Counted from the stretch's first letter, positions 9,477 through 18,686 are shown. The stretch: DNA of 64,000 nt from Christensenella sp. UBA1385 (GCA_002305755.1 DBQV01000021.1:623-64622), one strand, 5' to 3'. Translations and numbers: made by a program. The notes: generated from the letters alone by a model not told the origin.

Positions 9477-11282
9477 TCAACCTTTCACATCCTCGTCAAA
9501 ATGCACATGCAGCATCTTCAGCGCGTCATCCGTCACCCGGCTGGGCGTATCCATCATCAGGCAGGCCGCGTTCTGCGCCTTCGGGAAGGGGATCACGTCA
9601 CGCAGGCTTTCGGCGCCGAACAGCATCATCATCAGACGGTCAATGCCGAAAGCAAATCCGCCGTGCGGCGGCGTGCCGTATTTGAAGGCCTCAAGCAGGA
9701 AACCAAAGCGCTTCCAAGCTTCCTCATGCGTAAAGCCGAGCAGACTGAACATCTTCTCCTGCAAATCGGAAGCATGAATACGGATGGATCCCGAGCCCAT
9801 TTCGATGCCGTTGAGCACCAGATCGTAGGATTGGGCACGCGTCAGCTCCGGGTGCTGCTGCATCAGCTCGAAATCCTCCTCCATTGGCATGGTGAAGGGA
9901 TGGTGCGCCGCCTGATAGCGCTGCTCCTCCTCGCTCCACTCAAGCAGCGGGAATTCCGTGATCCAAAGCAGGTTGTACTTGTTCTTGTCGATCAGGCCAA
10001 GCTCGCGGGCCAGCTTGGCCCGCAGCTGGCCCATAGCCGTCAGGGCGATCAGCTTTTTGTCCGCAATGATGAACAGGGCGTCGCCCTTTTCCACCTTCAT
10101 GTGTCTGAGCAGCTCGTTCAGCTTATCTTCCGAGAAGAACTTGGCGAAGGAGGAGCGCACGGTGCCGTCCTCATGCAAGGCCAGCCAGGCCAGCCCCTTC
10201 ACGTGATAGGTCTTGGCGTATTCACCCAGCGCGTCCATCTCCTTGCGGCTCAGGTGGGCGGCGTTCTTGGCGGTAATGGCGCAGACCGTCTGCCCTTCCT
10301 CGACCGCGCTGTCAAACACGGAGAACCCGCAGCCCTTGACCACCTGGTTGATGGTCTCAATCTGCATGTCATAGCGGGTGTCGGGCTTGTCGCTGCCATA
10401 CTTCTCCATGGCGTCCTTCCAGGTCATGCGCGGCAGGGGCAGCTGAAGCTCGATACCCTTGATCTTCCTGAAAACGTTGGCAAAAGCTCCCTCGACCACG
10501 GTCTGGATATCCCTGGGCTCCACAAAGCTCATTTCCAGATCCAGCTGCGTAAACTCCGGTTGACGGTCGGCGCGGCTGTCCTCATCGCGGAAGCAGCGGG
10601 CCACCTGAAAATACTTGTCCATGCCGGCCAACATCAAAAGCTGCTTATAAATCTGTGGGCTCTGCGGCAGCGCGTAGCATTCACCGGGATGGATACGGCT
10701 GGGCACGAGAAAGTCGCGTGCGCCTTCGGGGGTGGACTTGGTGAGGATCGGTGTCTCAAACTCGGCGAAACCCTCGGCGATCATGTGTTCCCTGATCGCA
10801 TTGATGACCCTGGAGCGGTTGATCATCATCTGCTGCATGGAGGGCTTGCGCAGGTCAAGGTACCTGTAGCGCAGCCGGACAGCCTCATTATCTTTGGCAT
10901 CATCCTCGATATAGATAGGCGGCGTTTCGGAGGCGTTGAGCAATTTGGCCTCCTTCACCAGCACCTCCACCCGGCCGGTAGCCATGCCGGCGTTGACGGC
11001 GGAGGCATCGCGCAGCGCCACTTCTCCCTTGACAGCCAACACATACTCAGAGCGCAGAGACCCTCCCAGCGCGAAGGTCTTCTCATCCAGCTTATCGGCG
11101 TTGAATACCACCTGCACCATACCGGAAATATCGCGCAGCCACACAAAGATCACGCCGCCCATGTTGCGCGCGCGCTGCACCCAGCCCATCAGCGTCACCT
11201 GACGGCCGGCCATCTCCTCACGCGCTTCGCCGCAGCGCAGATCTCTTTTCCATCCGCCCAAAAACTCCGCCATTTTCATCAA
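9477..11282 (-). CDS. aspS: Aspartyl-tRNA synthetase
   Basis: 601 aa, class IIb. Motifs: FVWLRD..G..Q, FRDEDSRADRQPEFTQLDLEMSF, GGFAFGIDRLMMML. 4-nt overlap with hisS. Confidence 0.95.
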   Translation of the reverse strand: MMKMAEFLGGWKRDLRCGEAREEMAGRQVTLMGWVQRARNMGGVIFVWLRDISGMVQVVFNADKLDEKTFALGGSLRSEYVLAVKGEVALRDASAVNAGMATGRVEVLVKEAKLLNASETPPIYIEDDAKDNEAVRLRYRYLDLRKPSMQQMMINRSRVINAIREHMIAEGFAEFETPILTKSTPEGARDFLVPSRIHPGECYALPQSPQIYKQLLMLAGMDKYFQVARCFRDEDSRADRQPEFTQLDLEMSFVEPRDIQTVVEGAFANVFRKIKGIELQLPLPRMTWKDAMEKYGSDKPDTRYDMQIETINQVVKGCGFSVFDSAVEEGQTVCAITAKNAAHLSRKEMDALGEYAKTYHVKGLAWLALHEDGTVRSSFAKFFSEDKLNELLRHMKVEKGDALFIIADKKLIALTAMGQLRAKLARELGLIDKNKYNLLWITEFPLLEWSEEEQRYQAAHHPFTMPMEEDFELMQQHPELTRAQSYDLVLNGIEMGSGSIRIHASDLQEKMFSLLGFTHEEAWKRFGFLLEAFKYGTPPHGGFAFGIDRLMMMLFGAESLRDVIPFPKAQNAACLMMDTPSRVTDDALKMLHVHFDEDVKG

Positions 11283-12544
11283 CCTCTCAGCATTTTTTCA
11301 ATGTTGTCACGCGCATCCTGTGCGGGTATTTCGCTTTCTTGTCCGCTTTGCATATCGCGCAGGCGAACGTTCCCCCGCTCTTTTTCTTCGCCCCCCACGA
11401 TCGCCATTACCCTGATGCCCAGCTTGTTGGCATATTTGAACTGCGCTCTCAGGTTGCGCCCCGTATGGTCGCAGTCCGCCCGGATGCCCGCATCTCGCAG
11501 AGCCAGCACCAGCCGGAAGGCATCCTCAAAATCCTGCGGCGCAATGTTCGCGGCAAATACCTGGTACTGGGCAGGCTCCGGCATCGCGATCCCCCTGGTC
11601 TCCAGCTCCAGCAGTACGCGCTCAATGCCCAAGCCGAAGCCCACAGCGGGCAGCGCGGGGCCATCCAGCTGTTCCACCAAGCCGTCATAGCGCCCGCCGC
11701 CGCACAGCGCCAGGCCTTCGCGCTGACCGTGCATGATGATCTCAAACACCGTTTTCGTGTAATAATCAAGCCCTCGCACGATGAAGGGATCCACCTGATA
11801 GCTCACATGGGCGGCGTCCAGCAGCCTTTTGAGGCCCTCAAAGTGGTCGGCGCACTCCTCACACAGACTATCCAGGATGATGGGCGCGCCCTTCACCACA
11901 CGCTTGCAGCCGGGTTCCTTGCAGTCCAGCACGCGCAATGGGTTTCTGTCGAAGCGTTCGCGGCAGTTGTCGCACAGCTGGTCCATGCGTCCGGCAAGAT
12001 ATTCCCTCAGCTTCTGGTGATAGACGGGGCGGCACTTGGGGCAGCCGATGGAGTTGATATTGACCGTCAGATCATCAAGCCCCAGCTCGGCAAGCAGCCG
12101 CAGCAGGGTGGAGATCAGCTCGGCGTCCGCCGAAGGCTCCTTCGCGCCAAAGCACTCCATGCCGAACTGATGATGCTCTCTCAGGCGGCCGTGCTGCGGA
12201 TTTTCATAACGGAAAATTGGGTTGTTGATGTAGTACATCTTGACGGGCTGGGCCTGTGAATACAGCTTTCCCTCAATCAGGGCGCGCACAGCGCCCGCTG
12301 TTCCCTCAGGCTTCAGCGTGATGGAGCGGCCACCCTTGTCGGTAAAGGTGTACATCTCCTTCTGTACGATGTCCGTGGTATCGCCCACACCGCGCAGGAA
12401 CAGCTCAGTATGTTCAAAAACCGGCGTGCGCACCTCACGGTACCCCGCCAGCGCGGCGTGTTTGCGCATGAGGCTTTCAATATACTGAAATTTATAGCTG
12501 TCCTGCGGCAGACAATCTTTTGTTCCCTTTGGCGCCTGTACCAT
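11279..12544 (-). CDS. hisS: Histidyl-tRNA synthetase
   Basis: MVQAPKGTKDCLPQDSYKFQYIE..., FRYENPQHGRLREHHQFG, GGGRYDGLV. The start is moved to ATG 12544, preceded by AAAGGGGGAG. The upstream 78 codons of the track ORF are actually the T-box leader. Confidence 0.93.
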   Translation of the reverse strand: MVQAPKGTKDCLPQDSYKFQYIESLMRKHAALAGYREVRTPVFEHTELFLRGVGDTTDIVQKEMYTFTDKGGRSITLKPEGTAGAVRALIEGKLYSQAQPVKMYYINNPIFRYENPQHGRLREHHQFGMECFGAKEPSADAELISTLLRLLAELGLDDLTVNINSIGCPKCRPVYHQKLREYLAGRMDQLCDNCRERFDRNPLRVLDCKEPGCKRVVKGAPIILDSLCEECADHFEGLKRLLDAAHVSYQVDPFIVRGLDYYTKTVFEIIMHGQREGLALCGGGRYDGLVEQLDGPALPAVGFGLGIERVLLELETRGIAMPEPAQYQVFAANIAPQDFEDAFRLVLALRDAGIRADCDHTGRNLRAQFKYANKLGIRVMAIVGGEEKERGNVRLRDMQSGQESEIPAQDARDNIEKMLRG

Positions 12545-12775
12545 GGCTCCCCCTTTCAAAAAACAAGCCCACGCATACAATATGCATGGGACGATCAAAT
12601 CGCGGTACCACCCTGCTTGCACTGTAAAGTGCCGCTCAAAACCGATAACGCGGGTCCGCGCCGGCTCTCGCCGGCGGCTCCGGGGTGTCACGATGCCGCT
12701 TTGCCGGGAGACTTGCAGCCAAGGTCTCCTTCTCTTCAGGCAGGGGTTGCATCCACTTCCCATCACAGCCGTAGA
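12545..12775 (-). promoter_or_regulatory. T-box riboswitch leader of the hisS-aspS operon, with terminator/antiterminator
   Basis: All on the minus strand. K-turn/GA motif GTGATGGG. AG bulge TGAAGAGA. Distal hairpin GGAGAC-CTTGGCTGCAA-GTCTCC. Specifier loop 3' side GTGACA (plus-strand 12685-12689 = GACAC). T-box sequence AGGGTGGTACCGCG (12614-12601). Terminator CCCATGCATA-TTG-TATGCGTGGG plus CTTGTTTTTT (12590-12557). Confidence 0.88.
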
Positions 12776-12778
12776 CAT

Positions 12779-12808
12779 ATTATAGGTGACTGTTCAGCAT
12801 TTTGTCAA
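12779..12808 (-). promoter_or_regulatory. Consensus sigma-A promoter of the hisS-aspS T-box leader
   Basis: On the minus strand: TTGACA (12808-12803), 18 nt, TATAAT (12784-12779). Confidence 0.7.
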
Positions 12809-12830
12809 CGCCGATACGCTGTGTTATAAT
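12802..12830 (+). promoter_or_regulatory. Divergent promoter for pgi
   Basis: TTGTCA (12802-12807), 17 nt, TATAAT (12825-12830). Its -35 physically overlaps the -35 of the hisS promoter on the other strand. Confidence 0.6.
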
Positions 12831-12858
12831 ATTGGGCATGATAAAGGAGGACGGCAAG

Positions 12859-14292
12859 ATGTTTGATTCCATACACGATGCGAGCCCCGAAATACGTCTT
12901 GATGTAAACCATTTGATGAGCGATATGCTGGGCGAAAAGTTCGGTCTGACGGAAAAGGAGCTGGATGCCCTTGCTCCCCGCGCCACAGCTGCCTTTGAAG
13001 CGGTGAAAGCAAACCGCGGAACGGGCTGGCTGGGCTGGACCGAACTGCCCTACAATCAGGATGACATCGTCAGAGATATACTTGATACCGCTCAAAAAGT
13101 TCGGGGTGAGTTTAAGGCTTTCGTGGTGCTTGGCATCGGCGGCAGCGCGCTTGGGCCCATCGCTGTGCAGCAGGCGCTTAACCACCTTCACTACAACGAA
13201 CTGAGCGATGAAAAGAGAGGCGGTCCCCGCTTCTATGTGGAAGACAATATCGATCCCGAACGCATGCAGGCCCTGCTGGATGTGATCGATCTGAAAACCA
13301 CCTGTTTCAACATCATCACCAAGTCCGGCGCCACGGCTGAAACCATGAGTCAATACCTGATCATCTCCGAGGCCCTGAAAAAGCAGGTGCCGGACAGCTG
13401 GCAGCGGCACATCATCGCCACCACCGACCGCGAGAAGGGCAACCTGATCAAGCTGGCGCAGAAGGAAGGCTTCAAGCTGTTCTATATCCCCTCCTCCGTT
13501 GGCGGCCGCTTCAGCGAATTGAGCCCGGTCGGGCTGCTGTCCGCCGCCGTCTGCGCCATCGACATCAAGGCCATGCTCAAAGGAGCCGCTGACATGGACG
13601 CCCGCTGTTCCGAGGCCGACCTCTGGAAAAACCCCGCGTTGCTGGAGGCCGCCATACAGTATGCGCTGATGCAGCAGAGGGGTATCAACGTGCATGTGAT
13701 GATGCCCTATGCCGACAGTCTAAAGCTGATGGCAGACTGGTTCTGCCAGCTGTGGGCCGAAAGCCTCGGCAAAAACGTAACCCGCAAAGGCGAGCCGGTC
13801 AATGTTGGACAAACGCCCGCCAAGTCCCTGGGCGTGACGGATCAGCACAGCCAGCTGCAGCTCTACACCGAAGGCCCCTACGACAAAGTGGTCACGCTGC
13901 TCAAGGTGGAAAAGTTCCGGTCGGAGACGACCATTCCCCACGGCTGCGAGGATTTTGCGGATGTCGCTTTCCTCGGCGGCAAGAGCCACAACCAGCTGAT
14001 CGAGGCGGAGCGTTTGGGCACGGAATACGCCCTTCTGAAAGCAAAGCGCATGAGCCAGACCATTACGCTCCCCCTTGTGAACGAACATACCATCGGCCAG
14101 CTGATCTACTTCTTCGAACTGGTGACCGCCTATGTGGGCGAGCTGCTGGATATCGACGCTTTCAATCAGCCAGGTGTGGAAGAATCCAAGATCGCTTCCT
14201 ACGCCGTGCTTGGCAACAAGGCCGAGAAATTCCAGAAAAAGCAGCAGGAAATGGCTGCCGCTCCCGCGCCCAAGAGCCGATACATTCTCTGA
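12859..14292 (+). CDS. pgi: Glucose-6-phosphate isomerase (short bacterial/archaeal-type PGI)
   Basis: VLGIGGSALGP, IITKSGATAET, IPSSVGGRFSELSPVGLL, GVTDQHSQLQLYTEGP. The start is moved to ATG 12859, 8 nt after AAGGAGG. Confidence 0.92.
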   Translation: MFDSIHDASPEIRLDVNHLMSDMLGEKFGLTEKELDALAPRATAAFEAVKANRGTGWLGWTELPYNQDDIVRDILDTAQKVRGEFKAFVVLGIGGSALGPIAVQQALNHLHYNELSDEKRGGPRFYVEDNIDPERMQALLDVIDLKTTCFNIITKSGATAETMSQYLIISEALKKQVPDSWQRHIIATTDREKGNLIKLAQKEGFKLFYIPSSVGGRFSELSPVGLLSAAVCAIDIKAMLKGAADMDARCSEADLWKNPALLEAAIQYALMQQRGINVHVMMPYADSLKLMADWFCQLWAESLGKNVTRKGEPVNVGQTPAKSLGVTDQHSQLQLYTEGPYDKVVTLLKVEKFRSETTIPHGCEDFADVAFLGGKSHNQLIEAERLGTEYALLKAKRMSQTITLPLVNEHTIGQLIYFFELVTAYVGELLDIDAFNQPGVEESKIASYAVLGNKAEKFQKKQQEMAAAPAPKSRYIL

Positions 14293-14306
14293 TAGCGCTT
14301 GACTTT

Positions 14307-14334
14307 AGAGCCGCCTCGTGGCGGCTCTTTTTTG
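14307..14334 (+). terminator. Rho-independent terminator after pgi
   Basis: AGAGCCGCC-TCGT-GGCGGCTCT followed by TTTTTTG. Confidence 0.8.
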
Positions 14335-14357
14335 AATCTGCGCGTTTGCCGATCCCC

Positions 14358-14386
14358 TTGCAAGACGGAGCCGAATGTTGTAAAAT
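14358..14386 (+). promoter_or_regulatory. Candidate promoter for brnQ
   Basis: TTGCAA (14358-14363), 17 nt, TAAAAT (14381-14386). Confidence 0.5.
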
Positions 14387-14428
14387 AAATACAGAAAAAA
14401 AACATCGCATTGAAAAGGGGGCCGTGTT

Positions 14429-15884
14429 TTGGGAAGCAGAAAGTTTCGTGACACCCTGATTGCCGGTCTGACGCTGTTCGCCATGTTCCTTGGCGCGGGG
14501 AATGTTATCTTCCCTCCCTATGTGGGTGTGCTGGCCGGCGACAGGTGGGGCATCGCCGCGTTTGGCTTTATACTGACGGCAGCGGGCCTGCCGCTGCTGG
14601 GAACGCTGACCGTTGTGCGCCTGGACGGCGCGCCCGACAAACTGTGCGCCCGGGCTTGGCCAGGAATGGGCATAGCGCTTAACATCCTGATACTCGTGAT
14701 GATCGGTCCCCTGTTTGCTATCCCCCGCACCGCGGCCACTACCATCGAACTCAGCGTGCTTCCATTTCTTTCGGAAGGAGCGGACATCCGCCTGGTCAGC
14801 GCGCTGGTATCGATGGTGTTTTTTGCCGTCACCTATGCCCTCAGCGTTTCGGAAAGCCGCGTGATCGATACCATCGGCGGCGTGCTTTCACCCCTGCTCA
14901 TGCTGTTTCTGCTGCTTTCCATCGCGCTCAGCATACTGCGTCCCATAGGCACGCCCGACAAGAATCTGGTCAGACTGTCTGAAAACACAAAGCATCGGCG
15001 GATTTTTGCCCGAATTGGGATAAAATCTCAACCGTTACATACAAAAACCGTCCGTTTTCCTTGATAAATCAAGAGTTTTCGGACGGTTTGTGGTACAGGG
15101 CAGCGTATTCTACTACGGCTTCTCCTCCGGCTACCAAACCATGGACGGCATCGGCTCCCTGGTGATGAGCGGCACCATCGCCGCCTTCATTTCTCAAAGA
15201 GGCTATGGAAGGGCGGAAGGCCACGGTATCCTGGTACGCGCTGCGATCATCGCGGCTGCCCTGCTTGGCTCGGTCTATCTGGGCTATACCTGGATCGGAG
15301 CATCCGGCAGCGGAACGCTGCGCGAGCTTTCTTCCCGCACCGCGATGCTCAGCCGGGCCTCATTGATGCTCAGCGGGCACTTCGGGCGGATCCTTCTGGC
15401 GCTCGTCATTTTCTTCGCCTGTCTCACCACTTCTTCAGGCCTTACGGTCACCTTCGCTCAGTATTTTAGCAGACTCAGCCGCGGAAAAGTCAGTTACAGG
15501 TTGCTTTGCGCCATTGTGGTGGCTATCAGCTTCGGCATCTCGCTCGTGGGTGTGGAAGGCATCATCTCCATCTCCGGGCCTGTGCTGGAGGTCATCTATC
15601 CCCTGTGCATCGTCTTGATCGCGCTGAACCTGTTGTCAAAATACATCAAATCGGACGGCGCCTTTCGCGGAGCTGTCATCGGCACGCTGCTGGTCTGCGC
15701 GGTGCTGGCCGCGCGCGCCATCGGGCCCCTGAAGCCCCTGGGCGACCATATCCTTGACCTGTTGCCCTTTGGCGGCAGCGGTTTTGGCTATGTGGTGCCC
15801 GCGGCAGTCGGATTTGCCCTGGGCAGCTGGAGCGGTAAGGCTCGCTCGCGCCCCAGCAAAGCCAGCTCCAAGGCAGTCTTCTGA
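14429..15884 (+). pseudogene. brnQ: Branched-chain amino acid transporter BrnQ (LIVCS family), split into two ORFs (14429-15064 and 15090-15884, different frames) by a 120-bp insertion
   Basis: The N-terminal half has FAMFLGAGNVIFPPYVGVLAG and IGPLFAIPRTAATT. The C-terminal half has GYQTMDGIGSLVMSG and ACLTTSSGLTVTFAQYF. ORF1 runs into a stop inside the insert (..PDKNLV/RLSENTKHRRIFARIGIKSQPLHTKTVRFP*). Removing 124 nt joins the halves in frame. Confidence 0.8.
14971..15090. mobile_element. MITE-like non-autonomous insertion (120 bp) with imperfect 16-bp terminal inverted repeats and a 4-bp TGGT direct duplication
   Basis: Left end CAGACTGTCTGAAAAC (14971-14986). The reverse complement of the right end is CAAACCGTCCGAAAAC (15075-15090), 13/16 identical. 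TGGT is present at 14967-14970 and 15091-15094. An internal copy AAACCGTCCG (15045-15054) pairs with CGGACGGTTT (15080-15089) to give a 10-bp hairpin. No ORF. Lower GC than the flanks. Confidence 0.6.
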
Positions 15885-15897
15885 TTCTTCCATCGAC

Positions 15898-15934
15898 AAA
15901 GGCTGCGGCGAAACGTGCATCGCCGCAGCCTTTT
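15898..15934. terminator. Bidirectional terminator between convergent brnQ and gcvPB
   Basis: AAAGGCTGCGGCG-AAACGTGCAT-CGCCGCAGCCTTTT, a 13-bp stem with A/T tracts on both sides. Confidence 0.8.
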
Positions 15935-15955
15935 AGTGTATCAAATCAGTCAAAA

Positions 15956-17368
15956 TCAATTCTCAAACTGGTAGCGCAGGATCGGGCTGCGCGCAGCGGT
16001 CACCTCATCCGGCCTTGAGATCGGCGTGGTAAGGGGCGCGTTGTGCAGGCTGGCGGGATCGCTGACCACCTTTTCACTGATGGCCCTAAAGGCCGCCGCC
16101 GCCTCATCAAGGCTTTCACGGCTCTCAGTTTCCGTTGGCTCCAGCATCAGAGCCTCGTGAACGATCAGCGGGAAATACATCGTCGGCGGATGCATGCCGT
16201 GGTCGATCAGTCCCTTAGCAACATCCAGAGCCGATACGCCGGTATCGTGCTTTGTCTTTTCCAGCGTCAACACAAACTCATGCATGCAGGTATGGTCATA
16301 CGCCACCGGGAAATACTGCTTGACCTGCTGCATCAGATAGTTCGCGTTCAGCACCGCCGTTTCGGCCGAGGCCGGAATACCGTCCGAGCCGAGCGTGAGG
16401 ATATAAGTGAGCGCCCTCATCACAATGCCGAAATTGCCATAATATGAGCGCACCTGACCGATGCTGTGAGGCTTTCTGCCTTCACCCATCAGCGAACTGG
16501 GCAGATACTCCTTCAGGAAGGCCTTGCAGCCAACGGGGCCGGAGCCCGGGCCGCCGCCGCCGTGCGGGGTGGAGAATGTCTTGTGCAGGTTCAGATGCAC
16601 CACATCAAAGCCCATATCGCCGGGACGCACCTTGCCCATGATGGGATTCAGATTTGCGCCGTCGTAGTAGCACAGGCCGCCGCACTCATGCACCAGCTTG
16701 GTGATCTCCAGAATGTTCGGGTCGAAAAGGCCCAAAGTATTGGGGTTAGTCAGCATCAAACCGGCTACCTCATCGCCGCAGGCGGCCTTCAGCGCTTCCA
16801 TATCAACGCAGCCCTGAGCGTTCGACGGGATGTTGATCACACCGTAACCCACCATGGCGGCGCTGGCCGGGTTGGTGCCGTGGGCCGAATCCGGGACGAT
16901 GATCTTGCTGCGCTTGCTGTCTCCGCGCAGCTCATGGTACTTCTTGATCAGCAGCAGACCGGTATACTCGCCGTGCGCACCGGCCGCGGGCTGAAAGGTG
17001 ATGGCGTCCATACCTGTCACTTCACACAGAAGCGTTTGGGCCAGGGCCAGCGCATCACGGCAGCCTTTGGTGCTGGATGCAGGCTGAAGCGGATGGATCC
17101 CCAGGAAGTTCGGGTCCGCGGCCACGGCTTCGTTGATACGGGGGTTATACTTCATGGTGCAGGAGCCCAGCGGATAGAAGCCGTTGTTCACGCCAAAGGC
17201 CTGCTTGGCAAGGCGCGTATAGTGACGGGACAGCTCCACTTCGGTCATCTCGGGCAGCCTGGGAGGCTCCTTGCGCAGCTTCTTGGGCAGTTCCGTCTCC
17301 GGCACATCGCAGGCAGGCAGATAGCTCATTTTGCGGCCGGTCGAGCCGCTTTCAAAAAGCAGTTTCAT
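15956..17368 (-). CDS. gcvPB: Glycine dehydrogenase (decarboxylating) subunit 2
   Basis: MKLLFESGSTGR..., LNLHKTFSTPHGGGGPG (PLP lysine region). The start is moved to ATG 17368, which forms an ATGA overlap with the gcvPA stop. GGAGG lies 8 nt upstream. Confidence 0.93.
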   Translation of the reverse strand: MKLLFESGSTGRKMSYLPACDVPETELPKKLRKEPPRLPEMTEVELSRHYTRLAKQAFGVNNGFYPLGSCTMKYNPRINEAVAADPNFLGIHPLQPASSTKGCRDALALAQTLLCEVTGMDAITFQPAAGAHGEYTGLLLIKKYHELRGDSKRSKIIVPDSAHGTNPASAAMVGYGVINIPSNAQGCVDMEALKAACGDEVAGLMLTNPNTLGLFDPNILEITKLVHECGGLCYYDGANLNPIMGKVRPGDMGFDVVHLNLHKTFSTPHGGGGPGSGPVGCKAFLKEYLPSSLMGEGRKPHSIGQVRSYYGNFGIVMRALTYILTLGSDGIPASAETAVLNANYLMQQVKQYFPVAYDHTCMHEFVLTLEKTKHDTGVSALDVAKGLIDHGMHPPTMYFPLIVHEALMLEPTETESRESLDEAAAAFRAISEKVVSDPASLHNAPLTTPISRPDEVTAARSPILRYQFEN

Positions 17369-18684
17369 TGCGCGCACACCTCCCTGATGATTTTGACAAC
17401 GTCGTCAAGCGTATCCTTGCTCAGCTTCTCGGTCACGCACCACAGCATTCCCTGCGGTGTAGGCAGGCCGCTGAGCACTCCTCTTTCCGCCAGGCGTTCT
17501 TCAAGCAGCGTGGGCTCAATCGGGCAGCCTGTCATGAACTCATTGAAGAATTCCCCGTCAAACACCGGAACAAACCCCGGTATCTTTTGCAGCTCCCTGG
17601 CAAAGTAGTGGGCCTTATGGTAGCACAGCTCCGCGGTCTGGCGCAGGCCGTCCGGGCCGAGTGCCGCCATGTAGACACCTGCCGTCATGGCGCAGAGGGC
17701 CTGGTTCGAGCAGACATTGCTGCTGGCCTTCTCGCGGCGGATATGCTGCTCGCGCGCCTGCAGTGTGAGCACGAAGGCCCTCCTGCCCTGCGCATCCTTG
17801 GTCTGGCCTACGATTCGGCCCGGCAGCAGCCTGGTCAATTCCTTTCTGCACGCAAGAAAACCCAGATAGGGCCCGCCGTAGTTCAGCGCCATGCCCAAAG
17901 GCTGGCCTTCGCCCGTCACGATATCCGCTCCCTGCTCGGCGGGCGTCTCAAGCAGCCCGAGGGAGGTCGGGTAGACGGCCATCACGGCCTTAGCGCCTGC
18001 CATATGGACGAGCTCATTCAGATGTGCGGCGTCCTCCAGCTGTCCGAAGAAATTGGGCTGTTGTGTCAGCAGGCAGGCCGTCTTCTCATTCAGCATGGAA
18101 CTCAGAGCGGCTTCGTCCGTTCTTCCGTCCTTCACCGGGACGACGAACACCTCTACATTGCGGCCCCAGCAATAGGTCTTAACGGTTTCAATGGTCTCGG
18201 GGTGCACGCTGCCGGACACCAGCACGGTGCCGCGCCGGCGGTCCAAACACATCATCACGGCTTCCGCCGCGGACGAAGCGCCATCGTACATGGATGCGTT
18301 GCTGACATCCATACCCGTCAGTTCACAGATCATGGTCTGGAATTCAAAGATGCTCTGCAGAATACCCTGACTGATCTCCGCCTGATAGGGCGTATAGGTG
18401 GTGCTGAATTCTTCTTTGGATGTCACGCTGGTCACAATAGCGGGGATGTAGTGGTCATAGGCCCCTGCGCCGCGCAGTATGGTATCAAATTTCCTGTTTT
18501 CTGCCGCAAGGCCGCGCATTTTTTCGCGCACTTCCATCTCGGACAGGCCCTTGGGTATGTTGAGCGGTTTTTTCAGCAGCACGCTTTCAGGAACATCGTG
18601 ATACAGATCGTTGATCTCCTGCAGGCCGATGGCCTTGAGCATGGCTTCCCGTTCCTGCGGGGTCGATGGGAGATAGTTTCCCAT
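17365..18684 (-). CDS. gcvPA: Glycine dehydrogenase (decarboxylating) subunit 1
   Basis: MGNYLPSTPQEREAMLKAIGL..., GAGAYDHYIP, TYTPYQAEISQG. The start is moved to ATG 18684 (GAAGGAGG upstream), 3 nt after the gcvH stop. Confidence 0.93.
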   Translation of the reverse strand: MGNYLPSTPQEREAMLKAIGLQEINDLYHDVPESVLLKKPLNIPKGLSEMEVREKMRGLAAENRKFDTILRGAGAYDHYIPAIVTSVTSKEEFSTTYTPYQAEISQGILQSIFEFQTMICELTGMDVSNASMYDGASSAAEAVMMCLDRRRGTVLVSGSVHPETIETVKTYCWGRNVEVFVVPVKDGRTDEAALSSMLNEKTACLLTQQPNFFGQLEDAAHLNELVHMAGAKAVMAVYPTSLGLLETPAEQGADIVTGEGQPLGMALNYGGPYLGFLACRKELTRLLPGRIVGQTKDAQGRRAFVLTLQAREQHIRREKASSNVCSNQALCAMTAGVYMAALGPDGLRQTAELCYHKAHYFARELQKIPGFVPVFDGEFFNEFMTGCPIEPTLLEERLAERGVLSGLPTPQGMLWCVTEKLSKDTLDDVVKIIREVCAQ

Positions 18685-18686
18685 AC

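Noticed and set aside
9456-11690. 744-aa plus-strand ORF spanning aspS and the 3' end of hisS
   Set aside because: It is antisense to two unmistakable aaRS genes. The translation is an Arg/His/Gly/Leu/Gln-rich string with no motif. It is a typical stop-free antisense frame in high-GC DNA.
12545-12778. 78-codon N-terminal extension of hisS in the ORF track (499 aa)
   Set aside because: The region contains the T-box sequence, the specifier stem and an intrinsic terminator. A good SD-ATG pair is at 12544, and HisRS homology starts there.
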